Positions 1-12,165 of a stretch of 64,000 bases of DNA are shown here, piece by piece. Within the stretch, counting starts at the first letter, position 1, and every line of letters starts with the position of its first letter. The notes beneath the pieces were generated by a model. It made no database searches. It was given only the letters and a program-made list of their open reading frames with translations, and had not been told where the DNA came from. The DNA comes from Octopus sinensis (lineage: Eukaryota). Made by a program: the position numbers and the translations under genes. The stretch lies in assembly GCF_006345805.1 (NCBI RefSeq), contig NC_043001.1, forward strand, positions 35,960,001 to 36,024,000, in the 5' to 3' direction.

Positions 1-255
1 AACTGAAAGAAGCCCGTCGTATATATGTATGTATATGTATATGTTTGTGTGTCTGTGTTTGTCCCCCTAGCATTGCTTGACAACCGATGCTGGTGTGTTT
101 ACGTCCCCGTTACTTAGCGGTTCGGCAAAAGAGACCGATAGAATAAATACTGGGCTTACAAAGAATAAGTCCCGGGGTCGATTTGTTCGACTAAAGGCAG
201 TGCTCCAGCATGGCCGCAGTCAAATGACCGAAACAAGTAAAAGAGTAAAAGAGTA
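1..255 (+). mobile_element. SINE family A, 3' portion cut by the window edge
   Basis: Near-identical to the 3' half of the full copies at 3818, 52232 and 62834; ends in the CAGTC-AAAT-GACYG hairpin and AAAAGAGT tail. Confidence 0.9.
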
Positions 256-945
256 TAAATTCAATCAGTATTGCCTTAAATTCGTAAATTAGTGCTAGAT
301 GATTACCCAGAAAGTGATTGCTCGCTTTGGACTATTTTTGATTATACGTTGATCTGCGTGATCTGTGTTGATCTGAGCATGTATGTTGATCTATGAGTCT
401 GTGATGGTGTATATGTAGCTTTCTCTGTCTGCGTAGAACCTTTTGTCATTTTTCTGTCTTCGATTTATGAGAAACGAGAGCGCAAACCACTTCAAATCGC
501 TTCATTTAATACAGAAATCTAAGTTCCATAAATACGTAGTAAAGCGGTCTAAATACTATTAATTAGATCCCAATTTCTATACACTCCGACATCAAATTCC
601 TCAAGCAACAACTTTTGTTATCACCCCACCAAAACAAAAAAACTATGTTGCGGTTGCTTTTATCCACAGTTCTATTCTTTACTCCTTGAACAATGATTCT
701 ACCTAACCAAGAAATCAATATCATAATAGTTAAGTGCGAGTACCATAGAACATGGCTTCTCATGGGGGTATTATTTTGACTGAAAAGGGTGTGGACAAAT
801 TAGCACGATATTGTATGTTGTAGCTTCAGTTTTATAATTTGCTCACCACCATAGCGAATAAAGGATAATCCCATATATTCAAGGTCTGTTTAGTATTCTC
901 ATTAATAAAGAGTAGAGATGTAAAAGAACTTATTATTTTTATATA

Positions 946-1115
946 GGCGTAAGAGTGGCTGTGTGGTAAGCAGCTTGTTTACCAGCCACATGGTTCCCGG
1001 TTCAGTCCTACTGCGTGGCACCTTGGGCAAGTGTCTTCTACTATAGCCTCGGGCTGACCAAAGCCTTGTGAGTGGATTTGGTAGACGGAAACTGAAAGAA
1101 GCCCGTCGTATATAT
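946..1115 (+). mobile_element. SINE family A, 5' half only
   Basis: tRNA-like head with Pol III A box (TGGCTGTGTGG) and B box (GGTTCAGTCC); homology stops at the internal TA linker. Confidence 0.9.
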
Positions 1116-2519
1116 AAATATACCCAAAAGCTCTTACGAATTACAAAAGATACGATTTCTCTCATAGATTTTGACATTGTGCCTCAGTTTTAATTTTTGA
1201 CTACCTATTGAAGAAAATGTTTAAAGCACGAAACTAAATTCCATGCTATACACATTTTTATCAATACGTTGATGGAACGGATTAAAATCAATGAAGACTG
1301 TAATGAAACTTAACCTTCTCAAACTAAAATATATACGGAAGAACAATATTTCATTACTTTACATAGTAAGTTTTCGTTCCTGAGCACTCTTAATTACTGG
1401 TCAAATGTTTTTTGTACCTCCAAGAAATTTAATCAATTCACGTCTAACACTCACAATTTTTTGTTTCCGGCTGTAGTATGATTCTCCAGATGTTATAGGT
1501 ACATAAATGAAAGTCTCATCTTAATATTCATAATATCGCTCTTTGATATTTCCGATCGATACGTGTACTACTCTTACATGTAGCATACGATTATTTAAGC
1601 CATCTGGTTTTCCATATCGGTAGACTACTCCAGATTTGTGGATTTTAAAGATTCAAGAAAATGTGTATACTATCTGGGACGTTCGTTCTGGTAAAGTATT
1701 TACATCAAATTAGTCATCGGAGAATACATAACATGTCGAATCTTTCCTTAAGATATACATAATGTTAGATCATTCTTCTGACAAATAGCATAACAGGTAC
1801 AGTTCTGAGTATGAAACAGAAAACTTAGTTGTCAGATATTTAATTCATAGGACATGTTCGACTACTTCAAAAATCGAAAGAACCATGTACACACCATACT
1901 TGAGGCCTTGCTGAGGCACGAATACGTTGAGCTTAAGTTGGAGTTTATGATCTAAATATTAGGGAATAAGCAGATTGAGACACGAAACCAGTCGTTCTAG
2001 TTCTTTCAGATACACAAAACATACAAAAATGTCACTGCTGACTTCGTACGTTTGCATGTGTGTGTGTATGTGTGTGCTTCGTGAGGGAGTGTCCACATGT
2101 ATATTGTGAGGCAGTATCCACGTGTGTGCGTCATTCCAACAATTACACTGGGGGGGGGGGTACGTGCACGTTTAATTTATGTCTTCATAGAAGGAAAAAA
2201 GACCTAAAACATTTAGAGCTTAAAACAATTACCACGAAGAGGAACGTGAAGAGCAAATGCAGAGATGAGCGGAAAAGAAGAAATGCATGAATGAACTAAA
2301 AAACTAAAGATTAAATCATTAAGAGCGTGAGATGAAAGGAAAAATATAAGTGGAAAAAGTGTGAGGTGAACGAAATATGAGGGAAGGAAGAAAAGAGGGG
2401 GATTCTACAGAGGAAAGAAAAACAAAAAGATAAGCGTTAGTTACTTCAGTAATGAAGAATTTGTACAAGACAAGAATGAAGAGAAGACAAGAAAAAATGA
2501 AAGGAGGCAAACGATAAAG

Positions 2520-2590
2520 TAAGAGAGAGAGAGAAAAAGAGAGAGTGAAAGAGAGGGAGAGAGAAAGAGAGAGAGAGAGAAAGAGAGAGT

Positions 2591-2636
<46 letters not shown>

Positions 2637-2750
2637 AAAAGAAAGGGAGAGAAAGAAAGAGAGGGAGGGAGAGAAAAGAGAGAGAGTGAAAGAGAGAGAG
2701 TGAAAGAGAGAGAGAAAGAGAGAGAGAGAGTAGATGAGAAGAGACAGACG
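2520..2750. repeat. (GA)n-rich polypurine microsatellite
   Basis: GA/GAAA repeats visible directly; source of spurious ORFs 2441-2794 and 2589-2945. Confidence 0.95.
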
Positions 2751-3385
2751 GAGATTGGGAAGAGATCGAAAAGATGTGAAACGTTCGTATGCAAGATAAG
2801 TGAAAGGAGAAGAGAGAAAAAGGGTGAGGAGAGAGGTGTTACAAATACTGAGGATATGACATTTAATGAGTTAATAACATGCCGAGTAATTAGTTTAATT
2901 AAATTCGTTGTGCTCGTTGGATGCTGGTGTTGTCTGGTAAACTGAAAGCTGTAGAGGAGTTTATTGTTGTTGAATAGGGTGTTGTTAATGATGATGGTGG
3001 TGGTGATGGTGGACGATGATGAAGTTATTGACTGGTTGTTTTCTCTCTACCCCCTCTCTCCCTCTCTCTCTCTCTCTCTCTCTGATCAAAGACTATCATT
3101 ATTTTTTTTTGTCTATCAGGCACTTTAGAAAATATAGCTAAAATGAGTTTTAGTGTAATTTCGAAGGTCTTTCAAGATTGCCGATTGGATTACTCAAAAT
3201 GTCAGTAGCTTCATAAATGTGAAACCACGTTATACGAAACAAATATTGAATAGTAACATCGATAATGTATGTATGTATGTATGTATGTATCTATCTATCT
3301 ATCTATCTATCTTTATCCCTAAGTATGTATGTGCGTATGTATGCATGTTTATATATATATATATATATATATACATATACATACA

Positions 3386-3417
<32 letters not shown>

Positions 3418-3504
3418 CACATGCATATACATATACACATGCATACGCATATACATACACACATTATCGATGTACTATTCAATATTTATTTCATATACAT
3501 AGGA

Positions 3505-3699
3505 CGCCATGATAGATCGTTAGCCCCTACACGCATTTTTTTCTCTCCTTGTTTTTTTCTGTGTATCTTTCTGTCGAAGAGCGTAGGCTCGAAACGTAAA
3601 ATACTTTTTCTATTTCTATTCCTGAGCGCTATACTAATACTTTTGTTTGTTTGTACTCCACCTGCCTTCGTCTTTTGTTTATTTTCATAAACTTTCCCG

Positions 3700-3701
<2 letters not shown>
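3505..3701 (+). mobile_element. Short Penelope-like-LTR-type element with hammerhead-like motif (U6 subfamily)
   Basis: Homologous to 31318-31505 and 41959-42166; motif CTTT-CTGTCGA-A-GAGC-GTAG-GCTC-GAA-ACGT-A-AAA at 3567-3602; 3' end runs into (TA)n. Confidence 0.7.
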
Positions 3702-3747
<46 letters not shown>

Positions 3748-3765
3748 TATATATATATTATATAT

Positions 3766-3817
<52 letters not shown>
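3701..3817. repeat. (TA)n microsatellite
   Basis: Interrupted TA array between the hammerhead-like element and a SINE-A. Confidence 0.97.
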
Positions 3818-3819
<2 letters not shown>

Positions 3820-4218
3820 CGCAGGAGTGGCTGTTTGGTAAGTAGCTTGCTAACCAACCACATGGTTCCGGGTTCAGTCCCACTGCGTGTCTTCTGCTAT
3901 AGCCCCGGGCCGACCAATGCTTTGTGAGTGGATTTGGTAGACGGAAACTGAAAGAAGCCTGTCGTATATATGTATATATATATATAAGTGTGTGTGAATA
4001 TGTTTGTGTGTCTGTGTTTGTTCCCCTAGCATTGCTTAACAACCGATGGTGGTGTGTTTACGTCCCCGTCACTTAGCGGTTCGGCAAAAGAGACCGATAG
4101 AATAAGTACTGGGCTTACAAAGAATAAGTCCCGGGGTCGATTTGCTCGACTAAAGGCGGTGCTCCAGCATGGCCGCAGTCAAATGACTGAAACAAGTAAA
4201 AAGAGTAAAAAAAGAGTA
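3818..4218 (+). mobile_element. SINE family A, near full length
   Basis: A/B boxes, internal TA/TG linker, 3' hairpin and AAGAGT tail; small internal deletion relative to other copies. Confidence 0.92.
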
Positions 4219-6561
4219 TATATTTATTTATTCATACATATATACAGACATATGCATATACATACATACATTATCGATGTACTATTGAATATTTATCTTT
4301 GTACGACTTTGCAATGAATCTGTCAGTGTGTGTGTGTGTATACGTAGTCATGTGCTACGTGTTTCGTAATCAATAACAGAGCAGAGAGTAGATTATTATG
4401 TATACGTGCATGAGAATGTGCGTACGCATTTGTGTATATGTGAGAGTGTGTGTGTACGTGTGTGTGCGTGAAACTGCACAAATGGGAGTACCTCCCATGA
4501 AACTCCTATGCATTTCCGTGTGTGTTTTATAAACCAATATATGTAATTTGAGGCAAATTTGTATACATATATAGATTGGGTTAAATGCAAACAAATTCAT
4601 ATGCACATACCAACCTATATACATTCGTGAATACGTACATATATACATATATATGCATATTGTAGATGATATCGTCGAAAACGACGTGTTAGTGTCCAGT
4701 TGTTCGATCAACTGAAGTTTAAATACGTGCGTTTTCTTTTTATATTAATTTCTCGTCCTCAAATTCCCGAGGAAAATCTTAATTATATGTAACTTGACTA
4801 TATTTACTTCACTTTCAATGAATAAAGTCTGAATCAAACATCTAAACAATGCTTCTATCGAGTAAGATTACTGCAGACCATAGCCATTGAGTTCAAGTAC
4901 TTCGCTTAGATATTAATGACATGTTGACATGCCGATAACAGACGACTTCTGACGAAGCTTGCCCTATAAGAAACAAATTAGTTTCTTATATTCACCATAA
5001 AATTAGTCATTGAAGACGGGAAGCTATTTCCATTGAATGAAAACTGCATTAAATTCTCGGTCTTCTAATTGAAATCATATTTCTTTTACAGCCAAGTCAA
5101 TCGATGCAAACATTAGCGACAACAATGGTTGGTAGCAGCAGCGATGAAGGAGATGATGTAAACCGTAGTAATAGTCATGACAAAGACAAATGAAAACCAC
5201 TCGTCATTAACTGGTTTTAGAATTTCCATTATACAGGTGAGTGACTTGTCAAGATTCTTCACTAGAAACACCAAAACATTGCTAAAAGCACTAACTCCAG
5301 GATAAATCATAGGAAAAATATTTGAGAGGACTCCAAAACAAAACAAAAAGAAATGTAGCCTTTTGTCTGATATCGAAGAGAAATTTTATTTTATAGTTGA
5401 TTAACCAGACACTTCACATACACACTTTAACTTTCTGATCCAGAAAAATTATGCTTTTTCACCATAAACAACGTAGTTTCACGATGGTATTTCACACCTA
5501 CAATATTGAATGACATTGCGTATGTTCGGTGCAGGACTATATTATAAATGAAAGCCCCCTAGTTATAAATAATTGAACAAGATATAGTAAATATTCTTCT
5601 GATTGTCAGTGTTGTGATGAAATAGAAATATAATAATCGCTTCCTTTCTTATTTCGTCCATATTTGTTCTACAGTCAAAAGGTAATAGTTATGTCTGCAG
5701 ATTAAGACAATTCTACGGAGTATGTGAAGCGTAGATGAGCTTAAGATTGTTGAATACAAATTAGGATGTAAGTTATTTACAATAATTGAAATTGTTCAAT
5801 TATTTGCTAATTATAAATAATCTCCAGAAAATATTGCTAGTTAATAACTCTCATCGAAGAAACAATATTTGTCAGCTCTTAGAATTCTCACATCATAATC
5901 TGAAATGATTTGAGTCCGGCTGACGATACGAAAGGATTTCTTAATTCCTGGGCACACTCCAATTTTTTCTAAATTGACCGGATATACTCTTCAGATTTCT
6001 AACCTTGGATTCTTTGCATTAGCGAGTTAGAAACATGCAGGTAATTCAAATCAGAAATTTAATTAAGATAGGTAGCATACACTCTCTGTGGGCAAGACAA
6101 TCGAAATACATATATCCCAAATAAACTGAAATTCATGACCAAATATAGTTTTCTTTTAGTTCAAATTCCAGTGAAAAACTTTGCATTTCATACCTACCAC
6201 TAGTAACAATAAAATAAGTTTCAGAAAAAGTATAGATTTCAAGTAAAAAGAACATATTCTTATTCAATAAACAATTATTTTTGCAGTAGAATGATATGAA
6301 TGTGTATCGCATGAATGTGTGTATGTGTTTGTGTGTATGCATAAGCTTTGTTATTCCACTTCAAAGTGAAGGCTAATCGAGCAGAAATATATTTAAAGGC
6401 ATTCTGCCTATGAAACTTCTGGTTTTAATGGGTATCTAGGACTGCACTATCTAACTGGTTTTTTTCTTAAGACGGTTTAATTAGGCTAATCTTCATTGCT
6501 ATTTCTTGCATAGGAGCTCTCTCGTCGTTGCGTCGTTTGTAGGTGTGATTATGTGTGTTGT

Positions 6562-6593
<32 letters not shown>

Positions 6594-7677
6594 CTCACAG
6601 TCAGTTATTTTATCAAACCTCAATAAAAATAGCCTCCCAGATCCAGTGAGTTTCGTGTTACTAAGTGATATTGTGTTATAATTTTGCATACATTACCAGG
6701 AACTCGACTTGGTGATACATGTCAATGCTTACCGAGATCCTTAAAGTAGTTTCTTCCAAGTGTTAAGGAGAAATTGCTAGCATAAATACTACTACATCAT
6801 GTGCTTGAAATGAATTTCAAATATTTCAACGTTGCAAATAGCAAGGAAAACTGTCCCAGCTTCACCATAAGAATGTACTAATGCCAGTAATTAAGTATAA
6901 TTAGTATGCGGCGCCTGTTAATTCCCACTTGTCGAAGTTTAAGACTTGCATATATCGATTTTATTGGACAGAAACGCTCTAGACATGGGCATAACGTCTT
7001 CAGATATTTCACTTGAAGTATAATGCTATTTAATTCTGGTGCAAATTAGCGTAAGAAATATACGAAATAAGTATGTTGCAATGTGTTGTAGGATAGATTA
7101 ACACATGTTGCATAGGGTTATCAAAGGAATGGTATATAGTAATTATATGGTATCTAGTCTTCTCACCTAGAAATAATATTACCATCAAAAGTTTAAGTAG
7201 ATGTAAGTTGGAATCGAAACTGCATCCGTAACTAGGTTGGCCGGAAATTAATAGCCACATTGCGGAATTCAATTTTATATATAATTAGATGAAACTGAAT
7301 TAACGAATGATATCGTGTAAGCCTGCAAGCCATGAAGGCTATTGTGGACTAATTTTATATGACATATTCGTAGACATGCTATTGTAGGGAAGTTTTTAAA
7401 AGGCCAAAGATCACTATAATTTAGCTGGTATTCGAAATTGAAATGATTTTAAAAATATGCCATCGCACAGGCGAGAGAAACATAATTAATTACACAGAGG
7501 CTCACACACGTTCGTATATAGTAAATACATGGTATCAATGCACACATATACATACACACACAAACAACTATAGCCACCGTTTATAGAGTACCGTTTTCTG
7601 AAATTAAGTGTTTTATTAAACAGTGGCGTGAGACCAAGGAAATACCATAGCTGACACCCTTCCCAAATCGGTAGTTA

Positions 7678-7898
7678 CGAGGGAGGGAGCTGAAAATTTC
7701 CTGGCTTTGGATAAAAGAAAATACAGGAGGATTAGTTATTTATGTTCATTCAACATATTCTCCCCTAAAATTCATATAGTTATTGCAGAGGTCTTTCTGT
7801 TTATCTAAGCCTAGTAAAAGAACTCAGAAGGTTGGGCCGGCAGCCAGATTTTTCGCGACACCCTTAAAGCCAAGAACTTTTCACCACCACCACCCGCA
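7678..7898. mobile_element. Tc1/mariner-type MITE
   Basis: TA at both ends (7676-7677, 7899-7900); inverted-repeat cores GAAAATTTCCTGGCTTT versus GAAAAGTTCTTGGCTTT (reverse complement) match 15/17; lies about 47 nt into the intron from the exon donor. Confidence 0.65.
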
Positions 7899-7939
7899 TA
7901 CCCAAATGCAAATAAAGATAACATAGTAGTTTTTGCGTT

Positions 7940-7945
7940 ACTTAC
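7940..7945 (-). promoter_or_regulatory. Splice donor GTAAGT (phase 1) of the Ig exon
   Basis: Minus strand reads AAC ATT CAA T|GTAAGT; a perfect consensus donor exactly where PTK7 Ig1 ends (NIKW), with T|GG expected to give Trp. Confidence 0.9.
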
Positions 7946-8242
7946 ATTGAATGTTGAGACGAGCATTCGAACTCTGTAAGGAAAAACCTGTGGTTACATT
8001 GGTGGCAATGCATGTAAATGGGCCGTTGTCATCTTCTTGACTGACTCGTAAAATCCGTAGGTTGCTGTTGTCTTGAAAACGTCGACTTGTATTAGATAAA
8101 ATCTTGCTACGAAACATCCACTGGAAAACGATATGTTGCCGGTCGGATACATCACATTTGATCGTTAAGTCAGAACCTTCAACAACATCCTGACTTTTTG
8201 GCATCGTACTGAAGTAGAAGGAATCTTCTCCGAAGACCGAAA
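7946..8242 (-). CDS. PTK7: Internal coding exon: end of signal peptide plus first Ig domain of a PTK7/off-track-like inactive receptor tyrosine kinase
   Basis: Translation (x)SVFGEDSFYFSTMPKSQDVVEGSDLTIKCDVSDRQHIVFQWMFRSKILSNTSRRFQDNSNLRILRVSQEDDNGPFTCIATNVTTGFSLQSSNARLNIQ(W) has the Ig C...W...DxGxFxC pattern. It aligns by eye to vertebrate PTK7 Ig1 (PSSQDAL, TERRF, DSGTFQCVA, SANASFNIKW). It is 297 nt with phase 1 at both ends, typical of Ig exons. Confidence 0.88.
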
Positions 8243-8262
8243 CTAAAACGAGAAGAAAAGTG
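8243..8262 (-). promoter_or_regulatory. Splice acceptor with polypyrimidine tract
   Basis: Minus strand CACTTTTCTTCTCGTTTTAG|TT TCG; the upstream frame has a stop and no ATG, so this is intron. Confidence 0.85.
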
Positions 8263-8741
8263 AAATTATTAATAGATAGATGAACAAACTTTATACAAAG
8301 AAATTATCTTAAAATCAGAAGCAACAATTATTCTTGAATACTCTTGACATTTCAATTAGACATACAAATTAAGGTTATCGAACAACTCTTTCGGAATGTG
8401 CTATATCTAAACATTTCTCGTGTATTATTTGATAGCAAAATCTATATGAAAATAGAAATTGTACCCAACCATCGGCTCTCTGCGATATATTTCATAGTGA
8501 GTTAACAAAAGACATAACAGCAGTTAGCGTTTTCTGCACAATAACCGACGAAATACAAGATATTAAGGTTTTCGTGTGAAAGTCACACAATATGCCATAA
8601 GTGATGGGCAGAAGTGAGTAGAGAGGCAATGAGTAACCAAATAGTTCTGCGGCGAAGAGAAGTATTTTTGCGTGTGTGTGTGTGTATGTGCGTGTGCGTG
8701 TGCGTGTGTGTGTGTGTGTGTGTATACACGTATATGTGTAT

Positions 8742-8890
8742 AAAGTTAGTCCAAACATGAAAACACAAGGAGAAAACACAACGTGAGGACGTGGAACAAG
8801 TATAGTGTTATTGGACGTTCGGGAAAGGAAAGAAAGGAGGATTTAACGTTTCGAGCGGAGCTCTTCGTCAGAAACATAGAAAAAGGAAAG
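8742..8890 (-). mobile_element. Short Penelope-like-LTR-type element with canonical-core hammerhead motif
   Basis: Homologous to 27849-27981; minus strand GTTT-CTGACGA-A-GAGC-TCC-GCTC-GAA-ACGT-T-AAAT at 8875-8841. Confidence 0.72.
8841..8875 (-). ncRNA. Putative minimal type I hammerhead ribozyme
   Basis: Core CUGACGA and GAA, 4-bp helix II, palindromic ACGU helix III, GUU cleavage triplet, helix I GUUU/AAAU; activity untested. Confidence 0.6.
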
Positions 8891-10350
8891 ATATATGTAT
8901 ATATATATATGTGTGTGTGTGTGTATGTGTGTACACACTCGGGAGAGGAAGTGCATTTTCCGTCACCCAAATACAAATTTCACACACAAGACATTGGTTA
9001 ACCCAAGAAGACACTTGCCAACAATGCTATTCGGTAGTATGGTATCCACAACCTCGTGATTACGTAGCGAAGTTCTTAACCCTACGCCTTTCAATATGAG
9101 TCTATTTAGTATGTAAGTATATGAATATGTAAAAGTTATTGTGCATCTAAGAACCACCCTTCTGTAAACAATGTTTGATTAAAATTATATGATTCCATTC
9201 TGTCTGCAAATTTTCCTCAAGTGATAAATCTCAAACTTGAACTAGTATTTAACAACATTAAAATATTCTGTTAATAATGCCTACTTAGAGAAATGTATTC
9301 AGTCGTAAGTTTCTGTCTGTTTCTTGAAACCACTAATACACTAATTTCTATGATTCAATCTCTGAAAAAGTTTACATCTTCAACAACCAAAAATAGAAGA
9401 AAAAAGCCCACTAACGTGTAAGCCAGTATATGCAATTGTATAACGTATAAGTCAGTGTAAGCCAATATATGCAAACATAACTATCATGTTAAAATCATGT
9501 AACCCTATGATGAGGAACAATATATCAAATAGGATAAGTTTAGGTTTTTGTTTCCTGCGACTATCTTCAGGCAGAATGCTCTTACGGGTGTTCAGTTTTC
9601 TCATTGAAGTTCCATATACTTTAAACATTTCAAGCTGATTCAGATTGTCATTCCTTATCGAGAAACCTATTAACCGAAAGTGTTCAAGCCAAGAGAAACC
9701 ACGTCTTTTTTAAAACTTACTGCTTCGGAATTACATTATAGTGTGTTTACTGTCTTTCCAGGGTGATAGTAAATGATTTAAGGGAGATATAGTTGCTTAA
9801 TATATCGTTTTTTTTTTTCCTAACCTTGCGGGTCGAAGTGATGCATAGAGGCTACTTTGTTGGCTTAGAAATATAATTACAGAATTATCGAGAATAATCA
9901 ACATCTATATATTATTCCAAACGTTAACTGACTTTTAGTCAATGGATTGCCGCTGTGCAGGATTACACAGTTTTTCCATCTACCAATGAGATGGGACGTT
10001 ACTTATATTTCTACGAAATGAAGAAAAACCAATTAGGGGAACACAAAAGGTTAGTAGCGAAATAACATTCAATATACACAAGAATACTGGTATACACATT
10101 ACTGAATGTTTACTTATAATTAAATGAAAACTCTCACACGATATACTCTATTAGCTGTCCTTAATACTACCGTTAATTTGATCTAAATATTATTTTAATT
10201 ATATCTCCTTCCGATAATTACTTCAATTATGTTCTTTGTAACTAGTTACTTTGCAATCTATCGTTTCGGTATAAACCAAACCCTAATCATGTTTCCATCA
10301 ATTAGATTCTGTCATTTCTTTTTTTGCCAAATCTTCTTAGCAATGTAAGA

Positions 10351-10354
<4 letters not shown>

Positions 10355-10390
<36 letters not shown>

Positions 10391-10449
10391 TATAATATAT
10401 ATATATATGTATGTATGTATGTGTGTATGTACGTATATATATATATATT

Positions 10450-10492
<43 letters not shown>

Positions 10493-10517
10493 GTGTATGT
10501 ACGTATATATATATATA

Positions 10518-10575
<58 letters not shown>

Positions 10576-10580
10576 GTATA
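10355..10580. repeat. Compound (TA)n/(TATG)n array with an internal duplication of about 70 nt
   Basis: Block ATGTATGTATGTGTGTATGTACGTATATAT occurs twice. Confidence 0.9.
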
Positions 10581-11297
10581 CACATACATACTTACGCACA
10601 CACATATATGTATACTCATTATGAAGGCAATGAGCAATGACAAAAAAGAAAATGACAGCAAAGGAGTGACAGGTTTTTAATAGATATTAGTTTAACGTTT
10701 ATTAAGGGATACAAAGTCTTAACGTTTCGGAGGTTAATCCTTCATCGAAAGCATAGAAAAAATGGAAAGGAAAATTATGATAGGGGAAAAGTGATTGATA
10801 AGATAAAATCCCTCGGCAAAGTTAGGTGGAGTACACTTCGATGGGTGGCGGAGTTAAGAAGAGAAGGAAAAGGCGAGTGTGTGAGCACATTTAAGTGTGT
10901 GTCCATGTTTTGAAATAGGTACAGGGGAGAGTGCAGGTTGAGTGATTTTCTGTGTGTGTGTGTAAATGTGTGTGTCAATGTATAAATACAAGTACGGAAG
11001 TATAGTAGCGTGGGTTAGTGATAATATGCGGTGTTATTTTGTGTGTGTATGTAATCGCCGAGTGTGTTAGAGGAAAGCGGGGAAGTAAGGTGTGAGCGGG
11101 CGCGAGTATGGGGTAAAAAGGTAAGGTGAGAGGAATGTGGTGGTAATATGTGTATGTAAGGGTATGGGTGTATCAGATGCTGTAATGTGGAGGAAAGTTA
11201 TGAACAAATGAGGAGTCAGTTGGTACAACACTGATACAAGAACAAAAAGCATTTGTTCTATGAAGGAAGAAAATTTGTTAGGCACGTTGAGGGGGAG

Positions 11298-11330
<33 letters not shown>

Positions 11331-12105
11331 AACACACACACACACACACACACACAGAAAGGCAGATGGAGAGAGAGACAGGGAGAGAAAGAGAGAGACC
11401 TATAAATAGATTGTTACTTCAAAAAACATACACAGGACAAGCGTTTTCTACCAGAATTGTCTTTTGATTGATTTGAAGAATGTGTGAGTGTGAGTGTGTG
11501 TGTGTGTGTGCGCGCGTGTCCCCGCTTGCAGTTAGATCCGAAGCAGAATCATGATTACTGGAATTATTTACAGATATATACCTCTCCAGATCAATCAAAA
11601 GACAACATTTTGTTCGAATGACTGCTCCGAATATGCTCTTTCAAGCAGCTATGATTTATTTTTTATCAAGTTCTTGTTTATTCGCCACGCTCTCCTCATC
11701 TCTGTCTGTCTCTGTCATGTGTGTGTGTATGATGTGTGATGAGTGAGCCCGTAGCAAAAATACTTATATATGCAAATACAGAACATGCATACGCAGGCGC
11801 ATGTACAATACATTGTGTGTGTGTGTCTTTCAGTCAGTAAAGATACACAATGAGAAAGACAGTGTAAATAATTGGCTTTTCTTCCTTATACTTTTATGTA
11901 CGCGTGCACACACACACATACAAACATGCGCATGGGAAGTCGAGACCCTAAAGTGTCAATTATTTTTTCTAAAATATATTACCAGCTTTCATCTTTGCAG
12001 TTGTTCATTTATTGTAGCAACAAATTTCTTTCGTTTGTCTTGAGGAAAAAGCTTTTTAGCAGTGGAAAACAAATACCCCATATACTCCTCTCTTTCTCTC
12101 TGTTT

Positions 12106-12165
<60 letters not shown>

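Noticed and set aside
77-292. ORF repeated at 4054-4317 (SAKETDRI.TGLTKNKSRGRF) suggesting a paralogous small protein
   Set aside because: Both lie in SINE-A copies; the similarity reflects the repeat, and other copies break the frame.
3818-3890. tRNA-like heads with A and B boxes in SINE families A, B and C
   Set aside because: They continue into SINE bodies and show no convincing cloverleaf with an acceptor stem; SINE promoters, not tRNA genes.
5113-5346. 77-aa minus-strand ORF as the missing PTK7 Ig2 exon
   Set aside because: No Ig Cys/Trp pattern and no T|GG-compatible acceptor.
8205-8214. Alternative acceptor CTTCAG| just before the ORF-track ATG at 8204
   Set aside because: It would be phase 2 and would drop the conserved F-x-x-x-P strand start; the 8242 acceptor has the better pyrimidine tract and gives the phase-1 symmetry expected of Ig exons.
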